Of a stretch of 64,000 bases of DNA, positions 13,745-25,859 are shown one piece after another (within the stretch, counting starts at the first letter, position 1; every line of letters starts with the position of its first letter). Source of the stretch: Heptranchias perlo (Eukaryota); NCBI RefSeq assembly GCF_035084215.1, contig NC_090359.1:24180001-24244000 (forward strand), given 5' to 3'. The notes under the pieces were generated by a model, which ran no database searches, was not told the DNA's origin, and saw nothing but the letters and a program-made list of their open reading frames with translations. Made by a program: the position numbers and the translations under genes.

Positions 13745-14375
13745 TTCGCTCCGTTACCCCGGTTACCAGTTGGGTATCATCCATACTTAAGAAAAGACAT
13801 ACTCCATACTTAAGAAAAGACATACTCCATACTTAAGAAAAGACATACTTGCTCTCGAGGCAGTACAAAGAAGGTTCACTCGGTTAATCCCGGGGATGAG
13901 GGGGCGGACATATGAGGAGAGGTTGAGTAGATTGGGACTCTACTCATTGGAGTTCAGAAGAATGAGAGGCGATCTTACTGAAATATATAAGATTGTGAAG
14001 GGGCTTGATCGGGTGGATGCAGTAAGGATGTTCCCAAGGATGGGTGAAACTAGAACTAGGGGGCATAATCTTAGAATAAGGGGCTGCTCTTTCAAAACTG
14101 AGATGAGGAGAAACTTCTTCACTCAGAGGGTGGTGGGTCTGTGGAATTTGCTGCCACAGGAAGCTGTGGAAGCTACATCATTAAATAAATTTAAAACGGA
14201 AATCGACAGTTTCCTCGAAGTAAAGGGAATTAGGGGTTACGGGGAGCGGGCAGGAAATTGGACATGAATTTAGATTTGAGGTTAGGATCAGATCAGCCAT
14301 GATCTTATTGAATGGCGGAGCAGGCTCGAGGGGCCGATTGGCCTACTCCTGCTCCTATTTCTTATGTTCTTATCT
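13745..14375 (+). mobile_element. CR1 LINE 3' end with internal 23-bp triplication (13781-13850)
   Basis: YEERLSRLGLYSLEFRRMRGDL...RNFFTQRVVGLWNLLP; typical CR1 3' UTR with TTCTTATG tail. Confidence 0.9.
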
Positions 14376-14799
14376 ATCAGCCTTCATCGTGCCTGAGTGT
14401 TTGCAGTGAGAGAGTTAATCAACCATGACCAGGAGGCATTCGTGAGGAATCTAGGTTGTTCGGTTGCAATCCACAACACTAAGAGCTGCTGTTAGCAATG
14501 TGGCCCTCCCCATAATGACGATTGGAGTGGACGTTTAAAGTGAACTGTTTGGGCGAGGCATTTCCTGATATTTATCCAAAAATTGGCTTTTGTGCAGCAC
14601 TTGTTCCATGTTCCTTGTTCCAAGGCTGGATTTCTCCCTTCAATTAGTTCTTGATGCAATGTTACTGATAAACGGGAAGTTCTCCACAAGCTGCAGGAAA
14701 TAATCACCAGATAAGAATAGAATTTCTCATGGAATGTTCCGGCACAGGTCATTCGGTACATTAATTCTGTGCTGGTGTTGTTCTCCAAATGAGGCACAC

Positions 14800-15298
14800 A
14801 GTCTAATCCCACTCTCCCGCTCCCTCCCCGTACTCTTCAATATCCCACCCAGCCTAATCCCACTCTCCTCTCTCCCCATACCCTTTAATATCCCACCCAG
14901 TCTAATCCCACTCTCCTCACTCCCCATACCCTTTAATATCCCACCCAGTCTAATCCCACTCTCCTCTCTCCCCATACCCTTTAATATCCCACCCAATCTA
15001 ATCCCACTCTCCTCTCTCCCCGTACCCTTTAATATCCCACCCAGTCTAATCCCACTCTCCTCTCTCCCCGTACCCTTTAATATCCCACCCAGTCTAATCC
15101 CACTCTCCTCACTCCCCATACCCTTTAATATCCCACCCAATCTAATCCCACTCTCCTCTCTCCCCATACCCTTTAATATCCCACCCAATCTAATCCCACT
15201 CTCCTCTCTCCCCGTACCCTTTAATATCCCACCCAATCTAATCCCACTCTCCTCTCTCCCCATACCCTTTAATATCCCACCCAGTCTAATCCCACTCA
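14800..15298. repeat. 48-bp minisatellite (~10 copies)
   Basis: Unit AATCCCACTCTCCTCTCTCCCCATACCCTTTAATATCCCACCCAGTCT. Confidence 0.93.
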
Positions 15299-15415
15299 TC
15301 CCAACTTTAGGATGGAGGGAAGGTCATTGATGAAGCAGCTGAAGCTAGTTGGGCCTGCTGCCTGGGCACAGCTCTCACTGACTCCCCTTTGCTTCTCTTT
15401 TTCATAGAATTAGCC

Positions 15416-15530
15416 ATGGCTGCGCCTGTCGTTGTGATGACTCAGCCCCAAGTGACAACCACCGTTATCACCACTCAGCAAAAGGGCTGGAACTCTGGAA
15501 TCTGCGACTGCTGCGAGGACTGTGGGATCT
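15416..15530 (+). CDS. Cornifelin/PLAC8-like coding exon 1
   Basis: Acceptor AG at 15407, ATG at 15416, donor T|GTACGT. Confidence 0.9.
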
Positions 15531-18500
15531 GTACGTATCGCGTCTCCCCGCCCTGTTTATCCAACTCATTTACTCCCCTCCCCTCATAAGGGTGCTGACT
15601 CCTGGAGCAGGACAGTTCCACGGACTCCTCTCCTAGGTGGCTGTCCTTAGTTGCAGACAGTGAGAGCCAGCTGGCTATTCGACTGCAGGGGCATCACACT
15701 CAAATGCGTTCCTGTCCTCACCGCATGTCTGCACACACACATAGATGCGCGCACACACACACATAAGTACACATGCGCACACATATGTACGCATGTATAC
15801 ACGCGCGCGCACACATGCACATGTACATATACACACACATACACACACACACACACACAAATGGACACACAGGTGCCGTTTTCTGCAGGGTTCCCTGGAC
15901 AGCGATCAGGAACCGGAGCCCTGGTTGATTCTCAGCTCTCCAGCCCCCGAGTGATGTATTGTCCTAACTCACCTGCTGCTCTACTCCCAACAGGATCAAC
16001 TCACTCAGCACAGAGCTGGGAATGAACTCCCAGGGCAGGTACAGCACGGGTTAGATACAGAGTAAAGCTCCCTCTACACTGTCCCATCAAACACTCCCAG
16101 GGCAGGTACAGTATGGGTTAGATGCAGAGTAAAGCTCCCTCTACACTGTCCCATCAAACACTCCCAGGGCAGGTACAGTATGGGTTAGATGCAGAGTAAA
16201 GCTCCCTCTACACTGTCCCATCAAACACTCCCAGGGCAGGTACAGTATGGGTTAGATGCAGAGTAAAGCTCCCTCTACACTGTCCCATCAAACACTCCCA
16301 GAAGTTTAAGGGGAGATTCAAACTTAAGAGGGGTTTTGATAGGGTAGAGAGGGAGAAACTGTTTCCAGTGGCAGGAGGGTCGGTAACCAGAGGACACAGA
16401 TTTAGTGTAATTGGCAAAAGAATCAGAGGGGAGATATGGAGAATTATTTTTACGCAGCGAATAGTTACAATTACACATAATTACATAGAATGTACAGCAC
16501 AGAAACAGGCCATTCGGCCCAACTTGTCCATGCTGTTGTTTATGCTCCACACGAGCTGGAATGCACTCCCTGAAAGGGCGGTGGAAGCAGATTCAATAGT
16601 AACTTTCAAAAGGGAATTGGAGAAATACTTGAAAAGGAAAAATTTGCAAGGCTAAGGGGGAAAGAGATGGGGAGCGGGACTAATTGCATAGTTCTTTCAG
16701 AGAGCCGGCACAGACACAATGGACAAAATGGCCTCCTTCTGTGCTGTATGATTCTATGATCAGCAAACTGGAATTACCACTGGGTCCCCGAGGGTGAATT
16801 GCCATCACACCTGTGCATTGGGCGTGCTATGATTTATTTTTAATTCTGTTTTGATTCTAGGATGTTGTGAGAGTCTATTGTTTAAGGTAGATGCCTGCAG
16901 GCAAATTCCAGCTCCAAATACTTACGGGAGCCTGTTAAAATATTACATTGTCCACTAAATAGCTACAGTGGGAGCTTTACTCTGTATCTAACCTGTGCTG
17001 TACCTACCCCTGGGAGTGTTTGATGGGACAGTGTAGAGGGAGCTTTACTCTGTATCTAACCCGTGCTGTACCTGCCCTGGGAGTGTTTGATGGGACAGTG
17101 TAGAGGGAGCTTTACTCTGTATCTAACCCGTGCTGTACCTGCCCTGGGAGTGTTTGATGGGACAGTGTGGAGGGAGCTTTACTCTGTATCTAACCCGTGC
17201 TGTACCTGCCCGGGGAGTGTTTGATGGGACAGTGTAGAGGGAGCTTTACTCTGTATCTAACCCGTGCTGTACCTGTCCTGGGAGTGTTTGATGGGACAGT
17301 GTAGAAGGAGCTTTACTCTGTAATCTCTGGAGTTAGTTAGCATTGAAATTTAGTGCAATAAAATTTCACTCAGCAGGCCAATTTTAACTTGGGGGCGGGT
17401 GGGTTCAGATTTCGGCAGCTGATTTTTGAAGAGGGCAATTTTAACCTTCGGAAAACTGATAGCATCGGGTGCGACACTGGTTTTACCCCCCATCTGATTT
17501 TACTTTCCATTGAAGTCAGTGGAGCGTAATATTGGGCGGGGAGTTAAACCAGGGTCGCACCCCATTGGAGAGTTCGGCTAAAATTACCCGCTTGGTGTCA
17601 GTTCAAATCTCACCTATTGGAGCAGAAAAAAAAGTGGCCCGGGGTGGGGGGGTATTTTAACTCCTGGGCCTCGTTTAAAGGCCCTAAGCTGACCCCCCCA
17701 CCTCTTCTGGGCGGGAGGCAGCGCAAATTTGGGCGGCCTCAGCAGGCAATTCGGGCCGTCCTGCTGTTGGGGAGGGGGGAGTCCCAAGTTCTGGGTGGGG
17801 TGGGAGGTATGGGGCGGGGGAGTCAGCAATGGCGGCCGGGGAGGCCTAAGCCTCCTTTGTGGGGCCCAGAGAATCACTCCTGCCCCCTCTCGCCCCTGAG
17901 TCATGAAGGTCGTGGGTTCAAACCCCACCCCCTCCCGCACTCCGCGACCTCCGACCACCTAGAGGGACAAGGGCAGCAGGTGCACGGGAACCCCACCACC
18001 TCCAAGTCGCACGCGCCATCCCGACTTGGACGTACGTCGGCCGTCCCTTCATGGTCGCTGGGCGTAAATCCTGGAGCTCCCCACCTAACAGCACTGCGGG
18101 AGAACCTTCACCGCGCGGACTGCAGCGGTTCAAGAAGGCGGCTCACCACCACCTTCTCAAGAAATGCCGGCTTGCCAGCGACGCCCACATCCCGAGGATG
18201 ATGATAAAAAAAAAACAAGCAACCCTCCTGAGCTCGGTATCATAGTGAGTGTGTCTGGGTGGTCTCCATGTTAACCTCAGTTCCTTTGTTCTCTTCCCTC
18301 CCCAGGTTGCTTGGCTCTCTGGTGCATGCCCTGCTTCATGTGCAAGACTGCGGATGATTTTGGCGAGTGCCTGTGCCTCCCATTGGTGGAGATCTGCTGC
18401 ACCAATTGTGGCTACTGCAGCAATGGAGTCGTTCCTCCGATTGCCCTCGCGATGCGGTCCGCCGTCCGTGAGAGATACGGCATTTCGGTAAGAGTGAAGA

Positions 18501-20145
18501 GCCATTCGTTGTGTAGGTCGTCGCAGGTTATGTCTTGAGTCACCGGTGGGCAAGGGGCGGGGGTCTGGGACAATGTGACGTCACTTTCATCCTCTCGTCG
18601 ATGCTTGTTTTTACAGGACAAAAGGAGGCCATTCAGCCCATCGCTCCTGTGCCAGCTCTCCGAACGCGTTCTCCACTCAGTCCCATTCCCCTGCCCTATT
18701 CAGCCCATCGCTCCTGTACTAGCTCTCTGAACGCACTCTCCACTCAGTCCCATTCCCCTGCTCTATTCAGCCCATCGCTCCTGTGCTAGCTCTCTGAACG
18801 TGCTCTCCACTCAGTCCCATTCCCCTGCTCTATTCAGCCCATCGCTCCTGTACTAGCTCTCTGAACGCACTCTCCACTCAGTCCCATTCCCCTGCTCTAT
18901 TCAGCCCATCGCTCCTGTGCTAGCTCTCTGAACGCGCTCTCCACTCAGTCCCATTCCCCTGCCCCATTCAGCCCATCACTCCTGTACTAGCTCTCTGAAC
19001 GCGCTCTCCACTCAGTCCCATTCCCCTGTCCTATTCAGCCCATCGCTCCTGTACTAGCTCTCTGAACGCACTCTCCACTCAGTCCCATTCCCCTGTCCTA
19101 TTCAGCCCATCGCTCCTGTACTAGCTCTCTGAACGTGCTCTCCACTCAGTCCCATTCTTTTGCTCTTTCCCCAACCCCTATTAAATTTTTTCTTTTCCAA
19201 ATGTTTCTTCACTTCCCTTTTGACGTGAAAGGGAAGTTTAACATTCCCTTTTAAACTTCCCCTCCATTATGGTTTCTGCTTCCCCACTGTACCTGGTCGG
19301 GCGTTCAACACTCTAACAACCCATCTGTGTAAAAAAAAATCTTCTTTGTTCTTTTGGTGATGACCTTAAGTTCATACCCTGTAGTTACGGACTAACCGAT
19401 CACCAGAAATAGTTTGTCTCGAGCTACCTTATCAAAACCTCTCATAATTTTGAACCATCACGATTTTCTCATTCTGACTCTGGAACTTCCATGTCATCAA
19501 GAAATCACAAACGGTGGAATCGTAATGGTGAAGGGTCGCAAGGACTGTTGGAATCGTAATGGTGAAGTATCGCCAGGACTATTGGAGGCATGGCCTCCCA
19601 GGGAGGCTTCCACTCCTCTGACACTTCATGGTACCCGGTAGTTTACAGCACACCTGGCTTCAGAGACCACCTTAAATAATGAGTATTCAGTGGGTGGGTT
19701 CTGGGACTCCCAATTATAGAAAGGATATTGGAACCATGGACAATGGGACGGTGAAGATTCATTAGAACGATATCTGAAATGAAAAAAGCCTCCCAAAACA
19801 CCCTGGGTCTTTTTTCACTTTGAATGGGGGGGGGGGATCTAATAGAGGGTTTTGAGAGGGTAAATCATTATTGATGGGCCACCAATAAAACTTTCTTTTT
19901 ACCTCCAGGGCTCCATCTTCAAAGACTGCTGCATCATGTACTGGTGCAATTCCTGTGGTTGGTGCCAAATGGCTCGGGAAATCAAAGAACGCAAGAAGCC
20001 CGTGACCGTCATCAATGCCACTACTTCGATGCTTCCGCACCCAACCTACATATCCCAGCCATCCTACATGCCCCAGCCCGCTTACGCGCCACAGCCACCC
20101 TACGCACCAGATCCAAACCAAGCGGCGCCCATGTACACAAAATAA
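15416..20145 (+). CDS. Cornifelin/PLAC8 (onzin)-family cysteine-rich protein, 177 aa; exons 15416-15530, 18306-18487, 19909-20145
   Basis: GT-AG sites with consistent phases (1, 0). Protein MAAPVVVMTQPQ...WNSGICDCCEDCGICCLALWCMPCFMCKTADDFGECLCLP...MRSAVRERYGISGSIFKDCCIMYWCNSCGWCQMAREIKER has the PLAC8-domain motifs (W.SG..DC, DDFGEC, RERY.I.GS, CQMARE). Kozak GCCATGG. Confidence 0.92.
15731..15860. repeat. (CA)n-type microsatellite
   Basis: Imperfect CA/TA/CG alternation. Confidence 0.9.
16025..16302 (+). repeat. 67-bp minisatellite, forward block
   Basis: Unit CTCCCAGGGCAGGTACAGTATGGGTTAGATGCAGAGTAAAGCTCCCTCTACACTGTCCCATCAAACA, ~4 copies. Confidence 0.9.
16303..16760 (+). mobile_element. 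CR1 3' fragment with a short inverted CR1-tail insert (~16480-16555)
   Basis: TRGHRF..., WNALPERAVEADS...FKRELEKYL. Confidence 0.75.
16970..17321 (-). repeat. 67-bp minisatellite, inverted block
   Basis: Reverse complement of the 16025-16302 unit, ~5 copies. Confidence 0.9.
17433..17589. mobile_element. MITE-like palindromic element
   Basis: Ends GGGCAATTTTA...TAAAATTACCC with an internal hairpin; related sequence at ~43575-43708 and ~54980-55114. Confidence 0.5.
17940..18215 (+). mobile_element. Short LINE 3' end (family of 27720-28390)
   Basis: GGACTGCAGCGGTTCAAGAAGGCGGCTCACCACCACCTTCTCAAG, A-tail. Confidence 0.75.
18306..18487 (+). CDS. Cornifelin/PLAC8-like coding exon 2
   Basis: CCCTCCCCAG| acceptor, TCG|GTAAGA donor, 182 nt, phase 1 to 0. 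Confidence 0.92.
18625..19160. repeat. 67-bp minisatellite derived from a reverse CR1 tail
   Basis: Unit ATTCAGCCCATCGCTCCTGTACTAGCTCTCTGAACGCACTCTCCACTCAGTCCCATTCCCCTGCTCT; begins with AGGAGGCCATTCAGCCC and continues into decayed reverse CR1 to ~19460. Confidence 0.85.
19909..20145 (+). CDS. Cornifelin/PLAC8-like coding exon 3 with Pro/Tyr-rich tail
   Basis: TTTTTACCTCCAG| acceptor; GSIFKDCC...MYTK*. Confidence 0.9.
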   Translation, partial: GSIFKDCCIMYWCNSCGWCQMAREIKERKKPVTVINATTSMLPHPTYISQPSYMPQPAYAPQPPYAPDPNQAAPMYTK

Positions 20146-20280
20146 AATGCCACTGTAGGCAACAGGGTGGAGGGGCAACCTAATGAATGCTGATGGAATA
20201 TTCATAATACCGAACAACAAGGCATTGCTTGTGAATGTTAGTCAAGTAGAGATTAAATTTGGAATGTTTTCATGTATAAC

Positions 20281-20286
20281 AATAAA
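20281..20286 (+). terminator. Probable polyadenylation signal of the cornifelin/PLAC8-like gene
   Basis: AATAAA 135 nt after the stop codon. Confidence 0.55.
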
Positions 20287-20419
20287 AGCTATAAGTAGAG
20301 CCCATTGGTTGGATGGCTCTTGCCTGCTAGGGATTAGGGTCTGCTGCAAATTCCTTCTCGGGTTCTGCTGCGTTCAGTCGCTCCTGTGAGTGTTCTATGT
20401 GAGTTGACTTGTCTCTGGA

Positions 20420-22138
20420 GTTGACTGGGGTCTTTCATTCCCTCTCCCTCAGGGAGATATCTGTACACTGACTGGGATCTGAGTCCCTCTCCCTCAGGGA
20501 GATATTTGTACACTGTCTGGGATCTGAGTCCCTCTCCCTCAGGGAGATATCTGTACACTGACTGGGATCTGAGTCCTTCTCCCTCAGGGAGATATTTGTA
20601 CACTGACTGGGGTCTCTCAGTCCCCTCTCCCTCAGGGAGATATCTGTACACTGACTGGGGTCTTTCATTCCCTCTCCCTCAGGGAGATATCTGTACATTG
20701 ACTGGGGTCTTTCAGACTCTCTCCCTCAGGGAGATATCTGTACACTGACTGGGCTCTTTCATTCCCTCTCCCTCAGGGAGATATCTGTACATTGACTGGG
20801 ATCTGAGTCCCTCTCCCTCAGGGAGATATCTGTACACTGACTGCAGTCTCTCAGTCCCCTCTCCCTCAGGGAGATATCTGTACACTGACTGCGGTCACTC
20901 AGTCCCCTCTCCCTCAGGGAGATATCTGTACACTGACTGGGGTCTCTCAGACCCTCTCCCCCAGGGAGATATCCGTACACTGACTGGGGTCTCTCAGTCC
21001 CCTCTCCCTCAGGGAGATATCTGTACACTGACTGCGGTCTCTCAGTCCCCTCTCCCTCAGGGAGATATCTGTACACTGACTGGGGTCTCTCAGTCCCCTC
21101 TCCCTCAGGGAGATATCTGTACACTGACTGGGGTCTCTCAGTCCCCTCTCCCTCATGGAGATATCTGTACACTGACTGGTGTCTCTCAGACCCTCTCCCC
21201 CAGGGAGATATCTGTACACTGACTGGGGTCTCTTTGTCCCCTCTCCCTCAGGGAGATATCTGTACACTGACTGGGGTCTCTCCGTCCCTCTCCCTGAGGG
21301 AGATATCTGTACACTGACTGGGGTCTCTCAGTCCCTCTCCCTCAGGGAGATATCTGTACACTGACTGGGGTCTCTTTGTCCCCTCTCCCTCAGGGAGATA
21401 TCTGTACACTGACTGGGGTCTCTCCGTCCCTCTCCCTGAGGGAGATATCTGTACACTGACTGGGGTCCCTTTGTCCCCTCTCCCTGAGGGAGATATCTGT
21501 ACACTGACTGGGGTCTCTCTGTCCCCTCTCCCTGAGGGAGATATCTGTACACTGACTGGGGTCTCTCAGTCCCCTCTCCCTCAGGGAGATATCTGTACAC
21601 TGACTGGGGTCTCTCAGTCCCCTCTCCCTCAGGGAGATATCTGTACACTGACTGGTGTCTCTCAGACCCTCTCCCCCAGGGAGATATCTGTACACTGACT
21701 GGGGTCTCTCAGTCCCTCTCCCCCAGGGAGATATCTGTACACTGACTGGGGTCTCTCAGTCCCTCTCTCTCAGGGAGATATCTGTACATTGACTGGGGTC
21801 TCTCAGTCCCTCTCTCTCAGGGAGATATCTGTACACTGACTGGGGTCTCTTTGTCCCCTCTCCCTCAAGGAGATATCTGTACACTGACTGGGGTCTCTTT
21901 GTCCCCTCTCCCTCAGGGAGATATCTGTACACTGACTGGGGTCTCTCAGTCCCTCTCCCCCAGGGAGATATCCGTACACTGACTGGGGTCTCTCAGTCCC
22001 TCTCCCCCAGGGCGATATCTGTACACTGACTGGGGTCTCTCAGTCCCTCTCTCTCAGGGAGATATCCGTACACTGACTGGGGTCTCTTTGTCCCCTCTCC
22101 CTCAGGGAGATATCTGTACACTGACTGGGGTCTCTCAG
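20420..22138. repeat. ~48-bp minisatellite
   Basis: Unit CAGGGAGATATCTGTACACTGACTGGGGTCTCTCAGTCCCCTCTCCCT. Confidence 0.95.
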
Positions 22139-22389
22139 GACCATATCTACTTGTACAACAGTGTAATCCAAGGGTGCAACGTGACGTGAACTGCATATTT
22201 GCGTCTTTTGCCCGTGTGCTTCTATCCCACTAAAGGAAGACCGAGTAAGCACTCGGTGAGATGAGACCAGATACGAGTTGTTAAGATGCTTTATTGCACT
22301 GCAAGTGGACATACAGAACAACAGTTATGATCAGATTCACTTAGTTCAATAATTACAACTTCATGTAAGAATTCAAAACAACAAACACA

Positions 22390-23090
22390 CTACATCGGAA
22401 CTACAGCACAGAAACAGGCCATTCGGCCCAACTGGTCGATGCCGGTATTTATGCTCCACACCAGATTCCTCCCACCCTACTTCATCTCACCCTATCAGGA
22501 AACCCTTCTATTCCTTTCTCCCTCATGTGTTTATCTCGCTTCCTCTTAAATGCATCTCTGCTATTCAGCTCAACCACTCTGTGGTAGCGAGTTCCCCATT
22601 CTCACCACTCTCTGGGTAAAGAAGTTTCTCCTGAATTCCCTATTGAGTTATTAGTGGCTATTTGATATTTATGACCTGTTGTTTTAGTCTCCCCCTCAAG
22701 TGGAAACATCTTCTCTACGTCTACTCTATCAAACCCTTTCATTATCTTAAAGACCTCTATCAGGTCACCCCTCAGCCTTCTCTTTTCTAGAGAAAAGAGC
22801 CCCAGCCTGTTCAGCCTTTCCTGATAAGAATATTCTCTCAGTTCTGGCATCATTCTTATGAATCTTTTTTGCACCTTCTCCAATACCTCCTTATCCTTCT
22901 TATAATATGGAGACCAGAACTGTGCACAATACTCCAAGTGTGGTCTATCCAAGGTTCTATACAAATTTAACATAACTACTGTGGTTTTCAATTCTATCCC
23001 TCTAGAAATGAACCCTGGTGCTTGATTTGCCTTTTTTTATGGCCTTATTAACCTGTATCACTACTGTTAGTGATTTGTGTATCTGTGGGT
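22390..23090 (-). mobile_element. CR1 LINE 3' end
   Basis: LYRTLDRPHLEYCAQFWSPY...LEKVQKRF...LGLFSLEKRRLRGDLIEVFKI. Confidence 0.9.
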
Positions 23091-23409
23091 TGCCTTATTT
23101 AACTTAGGAAGAGTAACTCCCCTGCATTCTAATGTTTCACACAATCTTAGCCTCACAGCTTCCTGTTTCAAGAATTTGATTGACAGTGTCTGTGACTGCT
23201 TTATCTCTCGCTGTTCACAGCCAAAAAGAGATCAAGGACTTTCCTACACAATGGGTGTGAGGTGTTTAGCAATTACTGAAACAAGCTAATGAATTGCTTA
23301 TTATTTACAGTCTATGAGGAAACAACATCAAAGATACTTCGTCTGCATCTGAACGACAGATCCCTTTATAAAAAAATTTGCATGAATACACTATGATTTA
23401 AAACACAAC

Positions 23410-25450
23410 AGGCTATAAATTCGGCCGTGCAGCGCCTGTCGTTTCGGCGCTACACGGCCTCTTGAAGTTCCAAAATGGAGTCCGGGATACTTGCGCAAGC
23501 TTCTAGTGTGACGTGCGTCGGACACCATCTTGGTAGAGGGGTTTGAGCAGGTGCAGATAACAAACGCCGGCAGCATATAAAGTAAGGAGAATGTGCAGTG
23601 AGGAAAGTGAAGGTTAGATTAGTGTGCAACGCTGATTTAAAGGCATAGACGCCATTTTGGCACTTAACGCTGCAACCAACTACGATCGGCTGAACATGTC
23701 CTAGACGGCCTGGAGGACCCCCCTACCAGCACTATTTAAAGGGACCGTGCAGGATTTACGGATTAGTTGCTGGATTATTGCTTCTGGCTGCTGTTGCATT
23801 TGTACCTGCTTTTGGAGGTCTCCTATACTTGAATACTAGGACGCGGGGACAAAGCCGAACATTTCGAGCCAGGACGTGCGGGAGTGAAGTTAGGAAATGC
23901 TTCTACACGCAAAGGGTGGGAGATGTTTGGAACGCTCTTCTGCAGACGGCAGTTGATGCTAGCTCACTTGTGAATTTTAAATTTGAGATTGATAGATTTT
24001 GTTAACCAAGGGTATTAAGGGGTATAGGGCTAAGGCAGGTATATGGAGTTAGATCACCAATCAACCATGATCTCATTGAATGGTTCGAGGGGCTAAATGC
24101 CCACTGCCACTCGCTGCCTCCTGTTATGCCCCACCTTCTCCTGCAAGAAAGCGGGACGTGTGTCGGTGAGTGTCCTGCAGGGTGTTTGGGTGATGTGCCT
24201 GTTGTGGTTGAATAGCTGCCAGTGTGTGTGGCCTGTGAGTTGTGGGTGTGCGGCTTGCAACAGTAGTAATGTGTGAGGGTGAGAGGAAGCACCTGATTGA
24301 AGAGTTGAGTACTGATGGAAAGAGTTTGTTGGTATGTGGGTGATGGGGGTGTAGTGCGTGGTGCAGTTGGTGGGAGACGCCACTTGACAGTTGACCTCAC
24401 TCACCTTGACCACTCGTGTCAAAGCATTGAACTTCTTCCTGCACTGCATCCATGTTCATGGTGCTATGCTCCTGGCATTGACTTCGTCCCCTACTGCCTC
24501 CCACTACCTCTTGAGCATATGTCTGGAGGGCCTCGTGCCCTCCTGTGGATATAGCGTGCCCCTCCTGATGTCCACCTCTTGCACCAAGGCCGCTCGGGCA
24601 TCAGCAGAGAACCTTGGTGCACTCTCTCTCTCGCAGGCCTGGTACCAACTCTGATTGGTGAGGTCTGGCGTGCAGATTGGAGGATGTGGGATTTAGTAGT
24701 GCGCAACCTTTATTCAATGTTTTAACATAACTCATCAGTGTGTAAACGTAGGGACGGGACCTGCTTCTGAGTTTTAAACTCTGTTCGGACTCCGTGCGGA
24801 CCAGTATCTGATTTTTTGCAAATAAGAGGTGCTGCCTGCCTTTAAGAGGTGCAGCCTGCCTTTAAGAGGTGCAGCCTGCCTCTTTAAGAAGTGCAGCCTG
24901 CCTTTAAAAGATACAGCCTGCCTCTTTAAGGGGTGCAGCCTGCCTTTAAGAGGTGCAGCCTGCCTTTAAAAGATACAGCCTGCCTCTTTAAGGGGTGCAG
25001 CCTGCCTTTAAGAGGTGCAGCCTGCCTTTAAAAGATACAGCCTGCCTCTTTAAGGGGTGCAGCCTGCCTCTTTAAGGGGTGCAGCCTGCCTTTAAGAGGT
25101 GCAGCCTGCCTTTAAAAGATACAGCCTGCCTCTTTAAGGGGTGCAGCCTGCCTCTTTAAGGGGTGCAGCCTGCCTCTTTAAGAGGTGCAGCCTGCCTTTA
25201 CGGGGTGCAGCCTGCCTCTTTAAGAGGTGCGAGCAACTCATCCAAGTTTTGGGCCCTCCCTGCTGGTAAGAAGCGGAGAGAACGGAGAGACGAACGCAGC
25301 TCGGGCTCCACGCTGCACCTCAATCAGGTAAATTAAGTTGCAGCACCAATCTAATGCACTGGCTGCGTCGGTCCCACCGGCCGCGGGCTAATCGCGCACC
25401 GCGACGCCCGCGCCCGGATTGGGGGGGGAGGTTCACCAATCTAACCCCCA
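23410..25450 (-). mobile_element. Decayed PIF/Harbinger-like DNA element carrying a Myb/SANT-like pseudo-exon (24405-24620), with a nested CR1 piece and minisatellite
   Basis: APRFSADARAALVQEVDIRR...KR*WEAVGDEVNARSIAP*TWMQCRKKFNALTRVVK|GTGAGT resembles the Harbinger-associated Myb/SANT domain; two in-frame stops; element boundaries uncertain. Confidence 0.55.
24828..25230. repeat. 19-21-bp minisatellite (AGGTGCAGCCTGCCTTTAAG)
   Basis: Direct periodicity. Confidence 0.9.
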
Positions 25451-25859
25451 GCGTTTAAAACTAAACCCTTTTCCAAATCCTTCCTGTGCAAAAATGGCCA
25501 AAGAATATCAAAAATATGCTTCCAGTGCTCGGACTGATAGACAGCATTGGCTGCAGTTATCACCACACGTCTGGCTGGAATCAAAGGATCAGAAGTGGGG
25601 GGACAGAGGCTGCTTTTTTTCCTCTCCCCCCTTCTTAAAATAAGTGGGGGGGGGGGGGGGGGGGGGGAGGGAAATGGAGGCCAAACGTACCATCCTACCG
25701 CTGCTCCGGGTGGCACTGGCTTGGCAAGTGAGCCTGGTACTATCTGCTCCCAGTGCCAGGTGATATGTCACCGTACACAAACCATCAGAAGGAGAGATGA
25801 GGTTTTAGTCAATGGCGGTGGAGAAATATTTGCGAGCGCGTGGAAATGTTGCAGAGTAT

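Noticed and set aside
20040-20110. Canonical PPxY WW-ligand in the cornifelin-like tail
   Set aside because: The repeats are QPxY/PPY, not an exact PPxY or LPxY
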